From Macrostomum hystrix (Eukaryota > Animalia > Platyhelminthes): a stretch of DNA of 64,000 bases. Location: NCBI GenBank assembly GCA_950097015.1, contig CATNEN010000025.1:5642001-5706000 (forward strand). The letters run 5' to 3'. Below, in pieces: positions 33,238 to 44,807 of this stretch. The position numbers and the translations under genes were made by a program. The notes beneath the pieces are model-generated. The model searched no databases. It saw nothing but the letters and a program-made list of their open reading frames with translations, and had not been told where the DNA came from. Position 1 is the first letter of the stretch. Each line of letters begins with the position of its first letter.

Positions 33238-35830
33238 AGTTGAGCTTTCGTCTAAAAGACTGTGGCGAAGTTAAGTCGATAAAATTCTCCTCGGAATGTC
33301 GCGTTCTAGCCGTTCAACGCTCCTCAACGGCTGTTGAATTCGTCAATTTTCTTGGCGGCAGCGCTGACAATGTCGAATATTCGCAGACCTGCAAGGCCAA
33401 AGGCGCGCAGATACTGGGCTTCCAGTGGAGCCCGGCCAGTCCTCACGAGATCATCTACGTTACCGACTGTGGACTGGAGCTGTTCGGTGTGACGCCAGAG
33501 AAAAGGTCTGCAGCACTTTGCCTGACTGATTTGATGAGTTGATGACGGTCATAGTTGAATTGATGACGGTCATAGTTAAATTAATAACGGTCATAGTTAA
33601 ATCGATGACGGTCATAGTTAAATGGATGACGGTCATAGTTAAATAGATGACGGTCATAGTTAAATGGATGACGGTCATAGTTAAATGGATGACGGTCATA
33701 GTTAAATGGATGACGGTCATAGTTAAATGGATGACGGTCATAGTTAAATGGATGACGGTCATAGTTAAATGGATGACGGTCATAGTTAAATGGATGACGG
33801 TGTGTCATAATTGAATTGATGACGGTCATAGTTAATGAGAAAAGTGCCTGAGACTGCCTGACAATGAGAAAGTCAGGGCAGATATGTTCACGCCAGTGAG
33901 AACGTGTGCCGGCGTACGGTATCAGTGTGCGTGTGTGCTCAAGAGTCAGAATGTGAACTCAAAATGTCGTCTCAACCAAACTACCACTTCCGCACCTAAA
34001 CCAAAGACACCTGCGGCTAGTGAAGAGCGCCACCCAGCAGTGCAACTGGTTTGTTTGGCACCACTCGGCCGCCACCATAGCTATGAGCAATGGCCCGTTG
34101 TCCAACCAGTTCAGCGTATTCCGCATTGGCCAGTCTAGCCTAGTTAAAACGCCGCGCTTTGAGGTCGACCTGCCGCACGCGCCGTCCACCTCGTCTTCTC
34201 CGGCTGGCGCTGGCGGAGGCGGCAGCATCGCCGGCCGGCAGCCGCTGCGGGAGCGGGACGTGTTTCTGGCTGAGCTGTACGGTCAGCTCTACCTGGGTGT
34301 GCTTAAGCACTATGTGAAACCTGGCGGCGGATCCGCCACCGAGATCGCGCTCTATTATCAGGTCCAGCGGGCTCATATATCCCTGCCTGCACTCAGCAAC
34401 TTTCCCATCCCTCCCTTCAGTCCCTTCTGTCCCTTCACTTGCTTCACTCCCTCCCTTCAGTATCTTCACTCCCTCCCATCAGTATCTTCACTTCCTCCCA
34501 TCAGTATCTTCACTTCCTCCCATCAGTATCTTCACTTCCTCCCATCAGTATATTCACTCCCTCCCTTCAGTATCTCCACTCCCTCCCTTCAGTATCTCCA
34601 CTCCCTCCCTTCAGTATCTTCACTTCCTCCCATCAGTATATTCACTCCCTCCCTTCAGTATATTCACTTCCTCCCATCAGTATATTCACTCCCTCCCTTC
34701 AGTATATTCACTCCCTCCCTTCAGTATCTTCACTCCCTCCCCTCAGTATCTCCACTCCCTCCCTTCAGTATCTCCACTAACTACACTACTTCATCATCAG
34801 TAGACAGATGGTCATTTTTAAGACTAATAATAGACAATTTCCATTGTTTCCAGCCCGTCAATGATTCCTCTGGCAATCCGCGCAAATCGGACCTTCTGGT
34901 ACTTCAACAGGGCGGCCGTCTGGCCGTCAGCATTGTAGACAACCTGATCCTGGTGCATCATCAGCGCCTACAGCGCAGCTTCGCCTTTGACATCGCCCTC
35001 CCAGCCGAGAGTGACGGCTACCTGCGGTATCACCAGCCCGTAGCGCCGGAGGCCAAGCCATTGTCCTGGAGCCAGCTCAACCCACGCCAGCAGCTGCGGA
35101 CGGTGAGGATTTTGTCATTATAATCCCATCCATGTTTTAAATCCCATCCAAAGTTTTAATCCCTTCCAAAGTTTTAATCCCATCCAAGTTTTTATCTCAT
35201 CCAATTTTTTATTCCCATCCAATTTCTTTCTAAATCCAAGGCAATCCTACCCTCCCTTATCATCCCATCGTATGCTACAGGAAAAATATACTACATTCTA
35301 TGCTAGTTTATAGTCCAGTGGTTAGAATGAAAGGTCGGGAGTTCTAATCTCAGCCTATGGGAAGCTATTTCTTTTCTTAAACAAAGACACTTAATCCCCA
35401 AGTGGCTTCAGTTCACCCAGCTGTAAACTGGGTACCAGAATCAGCTGGGCTAGAAATTTTGGTTGGGTTTGGCGGCCTCCAGTGTCCACGGACTGAACAA
35501 TTGTACACAGGATTTTCGAAGTGCCGTGCTTCAGGCTGTGTATCTGGCCCGACTTGGTTAGGTATCTAGGTGTCATATCCTTATTCTTCCACTACTAATT
35601 ATCCCATCCTATACTAAATATTCTCTCCATTTATCCCATAAGAGTACATTTGCGCACTATTAATCCCATCTAGCAGTCTTTATTCCATCCGATATTACTT
35701 ATCAAATCCTATACTTATTTTCCGTTCCTTACCTTATATCCCATTTTAAACTATTTATCCCCTTCGATCCCATATATTTATTTGATGCCATTATCACATC
35801 CATCTTTCATTCAGGGTTCCCAATCGCAAG

Positions 35831-35869
<39 letters not shown>

Positions 35870-37378
35870 CAACTCAGCTGTACAGTCAGGACTGGATCTT
35901 CTTCCTGCCTGACATCATTGTGGACGCCAAGGCGGGCCTGCTCTGGCAGGTGCGGCTTCGCCCGGATCGCCTGGGCGCCCAGATGTTTGCCGCTGATCCT
36001 GGCCGCTGCCTGCACTGCCTGCACCTCCGCTCGGCAGCCAAAACGGCCACCGCCGACGCACTCCGCCGACTGATGCTAATGCTCGCTTTGCCGGATTCAG
36101 CCGAGTCGTCTTCCTCGGCCGCGTCAGCCGCAGCCGTCCACCTGCCTGTGCTGGCCTACGGGCTGGAGCTTCTGGCTGCTCAGGAGGCCGCGCAGTTGAC
36201 GCCCCTGCCGACACCGCCGCCGCCGCCGGTAGCGCCTGGCTTAGATCCGACTCCGTTTTCGTCTTTGTCGTCAATGCAGCAACAGCAGCAGCAGCTTGTT
36301 GGATTGCCGGCGAAGGCGGCCGATCCGCTGACTCAGGGTGATCTGTATGTCCACCTGCTGGCCGAGGGACCGGCTTCTGAGGCAGAGTACCGGGCTCAGG
36401 TACCTCAACTAACTTGTCTACCTCGTCTACTTTGTCAACCTTGTCTACTTTGTCTACTTTTTCTAACTTGTCTACTTTGTCTACTTTGTTTACCTTGTCT
36501 AATATGTCTAATTTGTCTACCTTGTCTAAAAAGTTGTCTACCTTGTCTAATATGTCTACCTCGTCTACCTTGTCTACTCCGTCTACTTGTTATATCCTAT
36601 GATCTAATCTCGATGCAGCAATCTACAATAGTCTGATCGCACCTTGTATTAATTGCGACCAAAATCCCACAATAACCCTTAAAAATCTCATAGCGAAGTT
36701 TTGGATATGTCAAAGCAGATTTGTGATAATTCCATAGTAGTAATTTTCATAATCTCATAGAAGTCTGGAGATTCTAAGCTGATATGGAATACAGACATGC
36801 CATATATTTGTATAGCTATGCTAAATTATCCTAACATTCAGGTCTCCATGATTCTAGAATTCGTTCGCGCACTAAACGACCGCAATGTGGCAGTTCAGCA
36901 CTTCCTATTTGAGACCCTGGTTCGAGCGCTGGTCACCACTGGTCGGTTCGGAGAGCTGCATCAGCTGATTCAGTATCACGTGATCTCGGACAGCAAGCCA
37001 ATCGCCTGTCTGCTGCTATCTCTGCAGAGCCTGTACCAGCCGGCTCATCAGCTGGCTCTGGACATGATGAAGAGGCTCGGCACAGCCAATGAAGAGATTC
37101 TGGAAGTCCTACTATCGCAGGGTCGGGTTCTGTCCGCTGTGAAATTTCTCCGCTCTATCGGCAAATTCGATACCATACCGGCGCACAAACTGCTGGAGGT
37201 GGCGTCGGACAGCGGCGACTGGTGCCAGTTCTACTCCGTGTTCCGGGCGTTGGAGCAGCGCAACGCCCGTCTGAGGGGGAGCGCAGTGTTCCAGCCCACG
37301 GATCATTGCCAGAAATATGTGGCCAAGTTTGTTGGCAAGTTCGGACAGGGCGCGCTTGGCCAGCTCAGGGCACTGTGA
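33024..37378 (+). CDS. RMC1: Regulator of MON1-CCZ1 (C18orf8/Mic1); join(33024..33505,34007..34361,34854..35102,35815..36399,36842..37378)
   Basis: N-terminal NVFYDPVQSQLFTV, VKSIKFS...LAVQRSSTAVEFVNF, ILGFQW; middle PRFEVDLP, LAELYGQLY, GRLAVSIVDNLILVHHQ, LYSQDWIFFLPDIIVDAKAGLLW; Mic1 domain LEFVRAL...QLIQYHVISDSKPIACLLLSL..YQPAHQLALDMMKRLGTANEEILEVLLS. Phases consistent. Confidence 0.92.
33530..33835. repeat. Minisatellite, 21-bp unit gatgacggtcatagttaaatg, RMC1 intron 1
   Basis: Starts ~25 nt after donor 33506. Confidence 0.96.
33838..33965 (+). mobile_element. Partial copy of SINE-like family 2
   Basis: ctgcctgacaatgagaaagtcagggcagat...gtgtgcgtgtgtgctcaagagtcag matches ~9905-10000. Confidence 0.6.
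34400..34780. repeat. Minisatellite, ~22-bp unit cttcactccctcccttcagtat, RMC1 intron 2
   Basis: Starts ~40 nt after donor 34362. Confidence 0.95.
35305..35590 (+). mobile_element. SINE family 1, copy 2 (RMC1 intron 3)
   Basis: tagtccagtggttag...ggtcgggagttctaatc head; agacacttaatccc...ttcagttcacccagctgtaaactgggtacc core; gtccacggactgaaca. Confidence 0.7.
36412..36590. repeat. 9-bp repeat ttgtctac(c/t), RMC1 intron 4
   Basis: Starts ~12 nt after donor 36400. Confidence 0.9.
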
Positions 37379-37609
37379 CATGTCTGACCTGTTTTTTTCT
37401 AATCATCATTTTCTAATTTTATATTTGCTTTAGAGCTAAATGTTCCAACTGTAATGATGTCATTTAATTCCCTTTTGGTAATTGCTTTTTGAAAAAACAG
37501 GAATATGCCCTAGATATTACGTGTTTTACGGCTTCGTAACTTATAAAGAAAAAAAATTATTACTCAATAATTTGGCCATTTGTTCTGATTCATATTTTCA
37601 AATACTTTT

Positions 37610-38105
37610 TGAGAGCAGAGAGAAGGGGAGAGTGGGAATTGGGGAGAGTGGGAAGAAGGGAGAGTGGGAACAAGGGAGAGTGGGAACAAGGGAGAGTGGG
37701 AACAAGGGAGAGTGGGAACAAGGGAGAGTGGGAACAAGAGAGAGTGGGAACAAGGGAGAGTGGGAACAAGAGAGAGTGGGAACGAGGGAGAGTGGGAAGA
37801 AGGGAGAGTGGGAAGAGGGAGAGTGGGAACAAGAGAGAGTGGGAACGAGGGAGAGTGGGAACAAGGGAGAGTGGGAACAAGAGAGAGTGGGAACAAGAGA
37901 GAGTAAGAACAAGAGAGAGTAAGAACAAGGGAGAGTGGGAACAAGGGAGAGTGGGAACAAGGGAGAGTGGGAACAAGAGAGAGTGGGAACAAGGGAGAGT
38001 GGGAACAAGGGAGAGTGGGAACAAGGGAGAGTGGGAACAAGGGAGAGTGGGAAGAAGGGAGAGTGGGAACAAGAGAGAGTAAGAACAAGGGAGAGTGGGA
38101 AGAAG
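37610..38105. repeat. Minisatellite, 16-bp unit gggagagtgggaacaa
   Basis: Tandem periodicity downstream of RMC1. Confidence 0.96.
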
Positions 38106-38599
38106 TGGTGGGACGAGAAGTGGTGACTAGGTTGCAGAAAAAACAATGGGACAAGGGGATTTGTTTACCGTTATGTTGCAAATATACATACATGTTACAC
38201 TTCCTTGGTTTGCCTTATTTTATTTCAAATATGTTTTTATTTACTACTGTAAATTATATTCAGAGGATGCTTCAATCGGAAAGAATAAAAATATTGTTTC
38301 TTCATTTATGTTATATTTGATCTTGTTTATTGTTTTATTATTAATTGGAAAGTGGACATTTCTGCTGATTTGTAATCAGAGTTCAAGCGGTCAGGAAATT
38401 CAACTATTATTTCGTTATTATGCCGTACTCTGTTAAATAGATAATTAAATGAATTTTAAAAGTACGACCGCTACAGTAATAGTTTATTGTTTACAGTAAA
38501 CTCTTCCTTTCAGTGATTTGAAAGATAACAATGGGAGACTAGGAAACAAACAGGGAGAGAAGAAGGAAAGGGGGAGAAAGGAGGACACTATGGGAAAAT

Positions 38600-39700
38600 G
38601 ATCACATCTAGAGAAACAATGCATCTAGGGGAGAGAAAGAAGGAATCTAGGGGAGAGAAAGGGGGGAATCTAGGGGAGAGAAACAATGCATCTAGGGGAG
38701 AGAAAGAAGGAATCTAGGGGAGAGAAAGGGAGGAATCTAGGGAAGAGAAAGGAGGAATCTAGGGGAGAGAAAGAAGGAATCTAGGGGAGAGAAAGGAGGA
38801 ATCTAGGGGAGAGAAAGAAGGAATCTAGGGGAGAGAAATGGGGGAATCTAGGGGAGAGAAACAATGCATCCAGGGGAGAGAAAGAAGGAATCTAGGGGAG
38901 AGAAAGGGGGAAGTCTAGGGGAGAGAAACAATGCATCTAGGGGAGAGAAAGGGGGGAATCTAGGGAAGAGAAATGAGGAATCTAGGGGAGAGAAAGGAGG
39001 AATCTAGGGGAGAGAAAGGAGGAATCTAGGGGAGAGAAAGAAGGAATCTAGGGGAGAGAAAGGAGGAATCTAGGGGAGATAAAGGGGGGAATCTAGGGGA
39101 GAGAAACAATGCATCTAGGGGAGAGAAAGAAGGAATCTAGGGGAGAGAAAGGGGAATCTAGGGGAGAGAAACAATGCATCTAGGGGAGAGAAAGGAGGAA
39201 TCTAGGGGAGAGAAAGGGGGAATCTAGGGGAGAGAAACAATGCATCTAGGGGAGAGAAAGGGGGGAATCTAGGGAAGAGAAATGAGGAATCTAGGGGAGA
39301 GAAAGGAGGAATCTAGGGGAGAGAAAGGGGGGAATCTAGGGGAGAGAAAGGAGGAATCTAGGGGAGAGAAAGGAGGAATCTAGGGGAGAGAAAGGGGGGA
39401 ATCTAGGGAAGAGAAAGGAGGTATCTAGGGGAGAGAAAGGGCGGAATCTAGGGGAGAGAAAGGGGGAATCTAGGGGAGAGAAAAAATGTATCTAGGGGAG
39501 AAAAAGAGGAATCTAGGGGAGAGAAAGGGGGTATATAGGGGAGAGAAAGGGGGTATCTAGGGGAGAAAAAATGGGAATCTAGGGGAGAGAAAGGGGGAAT
39601 CTAGAGGAGAGAAAGGGGGGATCTAGGGGAGAGAAAGTGGGAATATAGGGGAGAGAAAGGGGGAATCTAGGGGAGAGAAAGACGGGATCTAGGGACCTAG
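38600..39700. repeat. Minisatellite, 22-bp unit ggggagagaaaggaggaatcta
   Basis: Tandem periodicity upstream of the METTL7-like gene. Confidence 0.96.
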
Positions 39701-39883
39701 AGCAAATACAATGAATAGTTGCAGAATGAAGATATGGGAGGAAATTAGTAGGATAAGCTTAACTTTTATAACTAAAAAACTGTGGAAGGTCCAAAACTCT
39801 TTATTATTGCAGAGCAATCTGATACATAAACGGAGTCGAAACAAGAATTTCTATATTTTTTTATATTAATAGCTTTTGAGAAG

Positions 39884-41281
39884 ATGCATCTGCAGTTATC
39901 GTCGCTAACATTGTTGCTGCCGCAGCAGACTCTGCCACGAGCACTAGTTCTGGCCTGTTCGGGTACGGCCGCACTGATTGCTGGTCGCAAGCTCTACCTG
40001 TGGGCCCAGGTGATAATGCTGAAACTAATCTGCGGCAAAGCTGACCGCGCCTTGTACAAACGAAAGCGGGCCCTGTTTCAACGTCTGCTGGACCGAGCCG
40101 ATGAGATGAAAGAGCCGATGGAGGTGCGCTTAGTATTTACTGTCTGTGACCTACTGTGAACTGTATGTAACCGACTGTGAACTGTCTGTGACCTATTGTG
40201 GACTGTCTGTGACCTATTGTGGACTGTCTGACCTATTGTGGACTGTCTGTGACCTATTGTGGACTGTCTGTGACCTATTGTGGACTGTCTGTGACCGACT
40301 GTGAAATGTCTGTGATCTGTCTGTGACCGACTGTGAAATGTCTGTGACTAACTGTGAAATGTCTGACTAACTGTGAAATGTCTGTGACTAACTTTGAACT
40401 GTTTGTGACCGACTGTGAAATGTCTGTGATCTGTCTGTGACCGACTGTGAAATGTCTGTGACTAACTGTGAAATGTCTGTGACTAACTGTGAAATGTCTG
40501 TGACTAACTGTGAAATGTCTGTGACTAACAGTGAAATGTCTGTGACTAACTGTGAAATGTCTGTGACTAACTTTGAACTGTCTGTGACCGACTGTGACAG
40601 TCTAGCAGTGACAGACTATTAACTGTGTGCGACAGTCTGTGACCGATTGTGAACTGTCTGCTACTGTCTGTGACAGAATATTAAAAAAATGCATTCAACT
40701 GCTTTAATGCTGCTTTTCTCAGTAGTCTGACTGGCATCCAGCTCTGATATCAAATATTTTATTTTTTCCAGATTTTGGAGCTCGGCTCCGGCACAGGTGT
40801 TAATTTTAAATACCTGCCGCGCGGAGCTAAGCTTACCGCACTGGATCCGCTGCCCGGAGTTCACGAGATCTACGCCAAGGCCGCCTCTGACGACGCCGGA
40901 GTTGAACTAGTCGGCTACGTGAAAGGCTTCGCCGAGGATCTATCCGAATTTAGTGACGAATCGTTTGACGCTGTCTTCTGCACCCTGACGATGTGCACCG
41001 TGTGGAATCTGGAGCGCATGTTAGCCGAGGTCAAGCGAGTCCTCCGACCAGGCGGTTTATTTCTATTCATCGATCACACTTTGTCGGATAAGCCACTGGT
41101 GCGGGCTGCCCAGTACGCGGTGACGCCGCTCTGGTACTTTCTAGGCCACGGCTGTCACTTCCGGCTGCCGCAGAGGTGCGTTGAAGCGGCCGGATTTTCC
41201 AAGTGCAACTACAACGAATACGACGGTAACCTCAAGATGCCGCTGCTGCGACGGATGGTTGACGGCTGCGCTGTCAAGTGA
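39884..41281 (+). CDS. Class I SAM-dependent methyltransferase, METTL7/TMT1-like; join(39884..40123,40772..41281)
   Basis: KRKRALFQRL...ILELGSGTGVNFKYLP (motif I), FAEDL...SFDAVFCTLTMCTV...EVKRVLRPGGLFLFIDH, GCHFR; hydrophobic N-terminus. Phase-0 GT-AG intron. Confidence 0.85.
40140..40660. repeat. Minisatellite, 21-bp unit tgtgaaatgtctgtgactaac (grading from tgtggactgtctgtgacctat), METTL7-like intron
   Basis: Starts ~16 nt after donor 40124. Confidence 0.95.
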
Positions 41282-41294
41282 TTCGGACTCATTC

Positions 41295-41400
41295 AGAGTT
41301 GAGTAGATATGTGAGGAGAGCTGGGTTGAGTAGATGTTTGAGATGAGTTAAGTAGATGGATCAGGAGAGTTGAGTAGATGTGTGAGGAGAGTTGAGTAGA
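41295..41400. repeat. Short ~22-bp tandem repeat gagttgagtagatgtgtgagga after the METTL7-like stop
   Basis: 4-5 degenerate copies starting ~15 nt after stop 41281. Confidence 0.8.
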
Positions 41401-42092
41401 CGTGAAGACGTATCGACGTAGTAGTTACCATAGAGTTACCGATATCAAATTACCGATAGAAGGACTATAAGTACTTGAGATAAATAAAATTGTGCCCTTT
41501 GAATACTCGTTTTAAAATTTTGTAACGTACGAGCTATTTACTAAATTAACCATTTGCAACACGTTTGATACATAGTAATGCCCAATTTAACAAATAAATG
41601 AAACATTAATAATGTATGCATTTTTGCACGCTTCTGTTTTGTCAATAGCGAATAATAACACTTGGATAGAGCGGTAATCGATTAGAATTGTTAATTTTCT
41701 TTCACATTTTTTATTTTTAGTATTTTAATGACAGAATGAATGAGAGCACGATATGAGCTGAGCATTGAGCACCGAGGTTCTTCAAAAGAAATAATAAGCG
41801 CCAGATTTGACTGTAAAATAAAATGCAATTATTTTTTATATAGAATGGAGCATATGCAGTGTTTTGTAGGTTAAAGGCCATTTAGACAAATAGTCTGAAA
41901 ATAGAAAAAAGCTGAAAATTAAATTGTAAAAAATAGATCGCATTTATCTGAGCTGTAATTTATTAGGTATTGCACCAAGACTAACTTTCAATCGGTGTTA
42001 CTTTAAAAAATACAAATACCACTTCAATTTTATGGATAGTAAATAGACCATATTATATGGTTAGAATAGTTATAAATAACCTATTGATGAAT

Positions 42093-44103
42093 TCAGCACG
42101 CCCTTGTGGCAGCGGCGGCGGCTGCAGCTGCGGCAGCTTTCTGCGCCTGAGCATCAGCCACAGCGATTGGCCTGCGAAACAAGATGATATGCGGCTCAGG
42201 CTGGTGCACCATGTAGTTCACCCAGCCTTCGCTCTGTTGAATGCCGATGCCGCGCCATTCTTCTTCGGTCATGACGCGACCTTTGGGCACGTAGGCCAGC
42301 ATCTCCTTGGGCAGGTGGCAGTGCCTTCATCAAGTAATGGTTATGATTTATAAAGCTGTGTAAATTCACTGTAATTGCTTGACCACTAGAAGATGGATAG
42401 AAATCATACATGCCTAATTGGGCCAGATATACAACCAGTACTAGCTATTGCATGGCACTTCTAAAGGCTGTTTACAAAGTTATTTGTACAGTCCATGGAC
42501 TGGTGGGGCAACCACACCCACCGAAATTTCTATCAAATAGCTAAAATCTATCATTTACTTTATAGCTAGGTGAACTAATCTGTAACAATAGGGAATTTAA
42601 GGTTATGTCTCTAATCATACAAGCTGTTCCCCAAAGCTCTTATCATATTGCTTTTATAGCTACATACAATCAACACATTAAGTGTTTCCTTGACTATGCC
42701 TGCTTGGTTGTAAAATATAGTAAATAATAAGTTTTTCACATAATTCTTGGAATGTATTGGAATACATCATATATAAAATAGCTCCATGTAGCTATCTCTA
42801 TCTTAAAGCTCCAAATACAAACTAGTGGTAGCAATATGTAATAAAAATGCTATTTGATTCATTGTTTTGGTGACCACAGAATCACCTCTCCCCAGTCTGT
42901 CACCAAATATAACACCCATCAACTTCTCACATGGATTGTATGTACAGTAGATTATGTGCTAAACATAATTTTCAATCTTCTTTCTAACAAACAAGCCTTG
43001 ATAATGACTGCTGAAGTTGAAATGCGTTGGCAATAAAATTAATAAATGTTAGCTATTTTATTTGTCTCCATTACCCCCTCGGCTTCAGTTTACAATTATG
43101 TAAATTGAGAATTTGTAAAGGTAGCTGTGTATCCAGATAATATTTATATTTGTTATTACTGCTACTATTTACACTGAACCCCAACCCCTATTGGAATTTT
43201 CAGAGTTCACAAACATTTGCCCAGAAATTTAAAATATGTGCTAGACATTTGTTGACAAAAACAATTTTTCTGATAGGGCTATGCTGTACCACACAGTGGC
43301 GGTGCTGTGCTATACCAGATAGTATAACCTTGCTGCTATATTATGTGACATACCAACCTAAAACTTTGAAAATGTGTTAGACATCTACAAAAAGATGATT
43401 TTACTTTCCTATAGGCCCACAAACTTTGACTCATGATCATTTAAATGTATTTGGCTATAGCAATTTAATGATCATATGACATAAACCTAAGTGGATCATT
43501 ATATAGGATTTTCTTAATGGAACAGTTCTGGAACATTACATGATAGGCCTACACAAAATACACCCAATGGGAGAAACTAGTGTAGCTCTATTTAAAACAT
43601 TATTTTTTTTTAAAATTGCTACTTTTGAGCAAGCCATGATAACAGAAATGGAAAACTACATAGACAATGCAAACCAAAACAGCTGAAAAGATTTTTGCAA
43701 ACAAATGGAATGCCATTGTATTTTGAACAACTCATCCAAGATCATCAATACTCAAGAATCAATACTCAATATTTCAAGAATCCCAATGCATACAATGTCA
43801 ATTTGTATCAAGAGCTCTTTTTCGTTTAATATGAAAATGGTATTTTCCAAAATAAAACAGCATTGATATATTCAATAAAAAAGATAAATAATTGTGAATT
43901 ATTTACTTATGTCCTTTGTCACTTAGACCTAATTTTGAGTTTGACTCTAGCATAGAAACTAAACCTAGACAATAAAATTAACTGGATAAATTTGAGAACT
44001 GAAGACGCAAATAAAAAACTTACCGATATTCATACACATCGTCTCTGTATTTTTCTGAGTAGTAAATCTTCTTCTTTAGTGATGGGTCAATGTAGTGAGC
44101 CAT
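42093..44103 (-). CDS. CKS1: Cyclin-dependent kinase regulatory subunit; complement(join(42093..42324,44024..44103))
   Basis: [27 protein letters not shown]|[52 protein letters not shown]; phase-2 intron CG|gtaagt...gaag|G. Confidence 0.95.
42395..42630 (-). mobile_element. SINE family 1, copy 3 (head degenerate; CKS1 intron)
   Basis: Reverse complement contains agttcacctagctataaa, cggtgggtgtgg...agtccatggactgtaca and gcaatagct...tatctggcccaattaggc, collinear with the other copies. Confidence 0.65.
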
Positions 44104-44807
44104 TATTATTTTCTGGATTAGAAGTATATCAAGTTAGGGTACACTTTTTAAAGCGCTAGTTAATTTACCGTGACGGAAAACAAGAACAGTCTGTGATTTT
44201 TATCTGTTCCGGAAATTAAGTACTCGTGACTCTGTATTTAAACTAATTGTATAACAATTTAACTTACAACACGACCAATTATCAACGTCTTAGCTCCGAT
44301 AAACCCTAAAGTAAAAATTTACTTTAATAAAATTCTGTTTTATTTTTAAATACACTTTCAGTGTTCGCGTGGTATATATAGATTTAAAAAAATACGCCTT
44401 ACTCAAAGCTATATAATCTCTGGTCCAGTGCTGTTCGTCAAGACTGATATAGCATAGGGTCTGTAATGTGCAACATAGCTGGCTGATAAGCACGCGATAT
44501 TAAGCTGCGAGAAGAAGCCCATTATAATTGGTAGGTATTTTTTGTCTGAATCCTTTCAATTAAGTAAGAACCGATTTACTTAATTTACTTAAGTCGTGAC
44601 CTAAAAGGTGAGCTGCTTTTTTTTAAATATGCGAACTTGAATTTCACTTCTCTATCCCGCTAAAATCTCGGGTTATGTAGATTCAGATGAAAAAGACGTG
44701 TTATTGCTTTTGCATATAATAAATATCCAAAATCTCATTCCAACAGAATGTGAAACTTTTTGTTCACATTGACTGGTTAAAATCTGTCATCCACGCCGGC
44801 CGATTCG
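44104..44807. promoter_or_regulatory. Probable bidirectional promoter region between head-to-head CKS1 and TTLL
   Basis: Divergent ATGs 705 nt apart. Confidence 0.5.
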
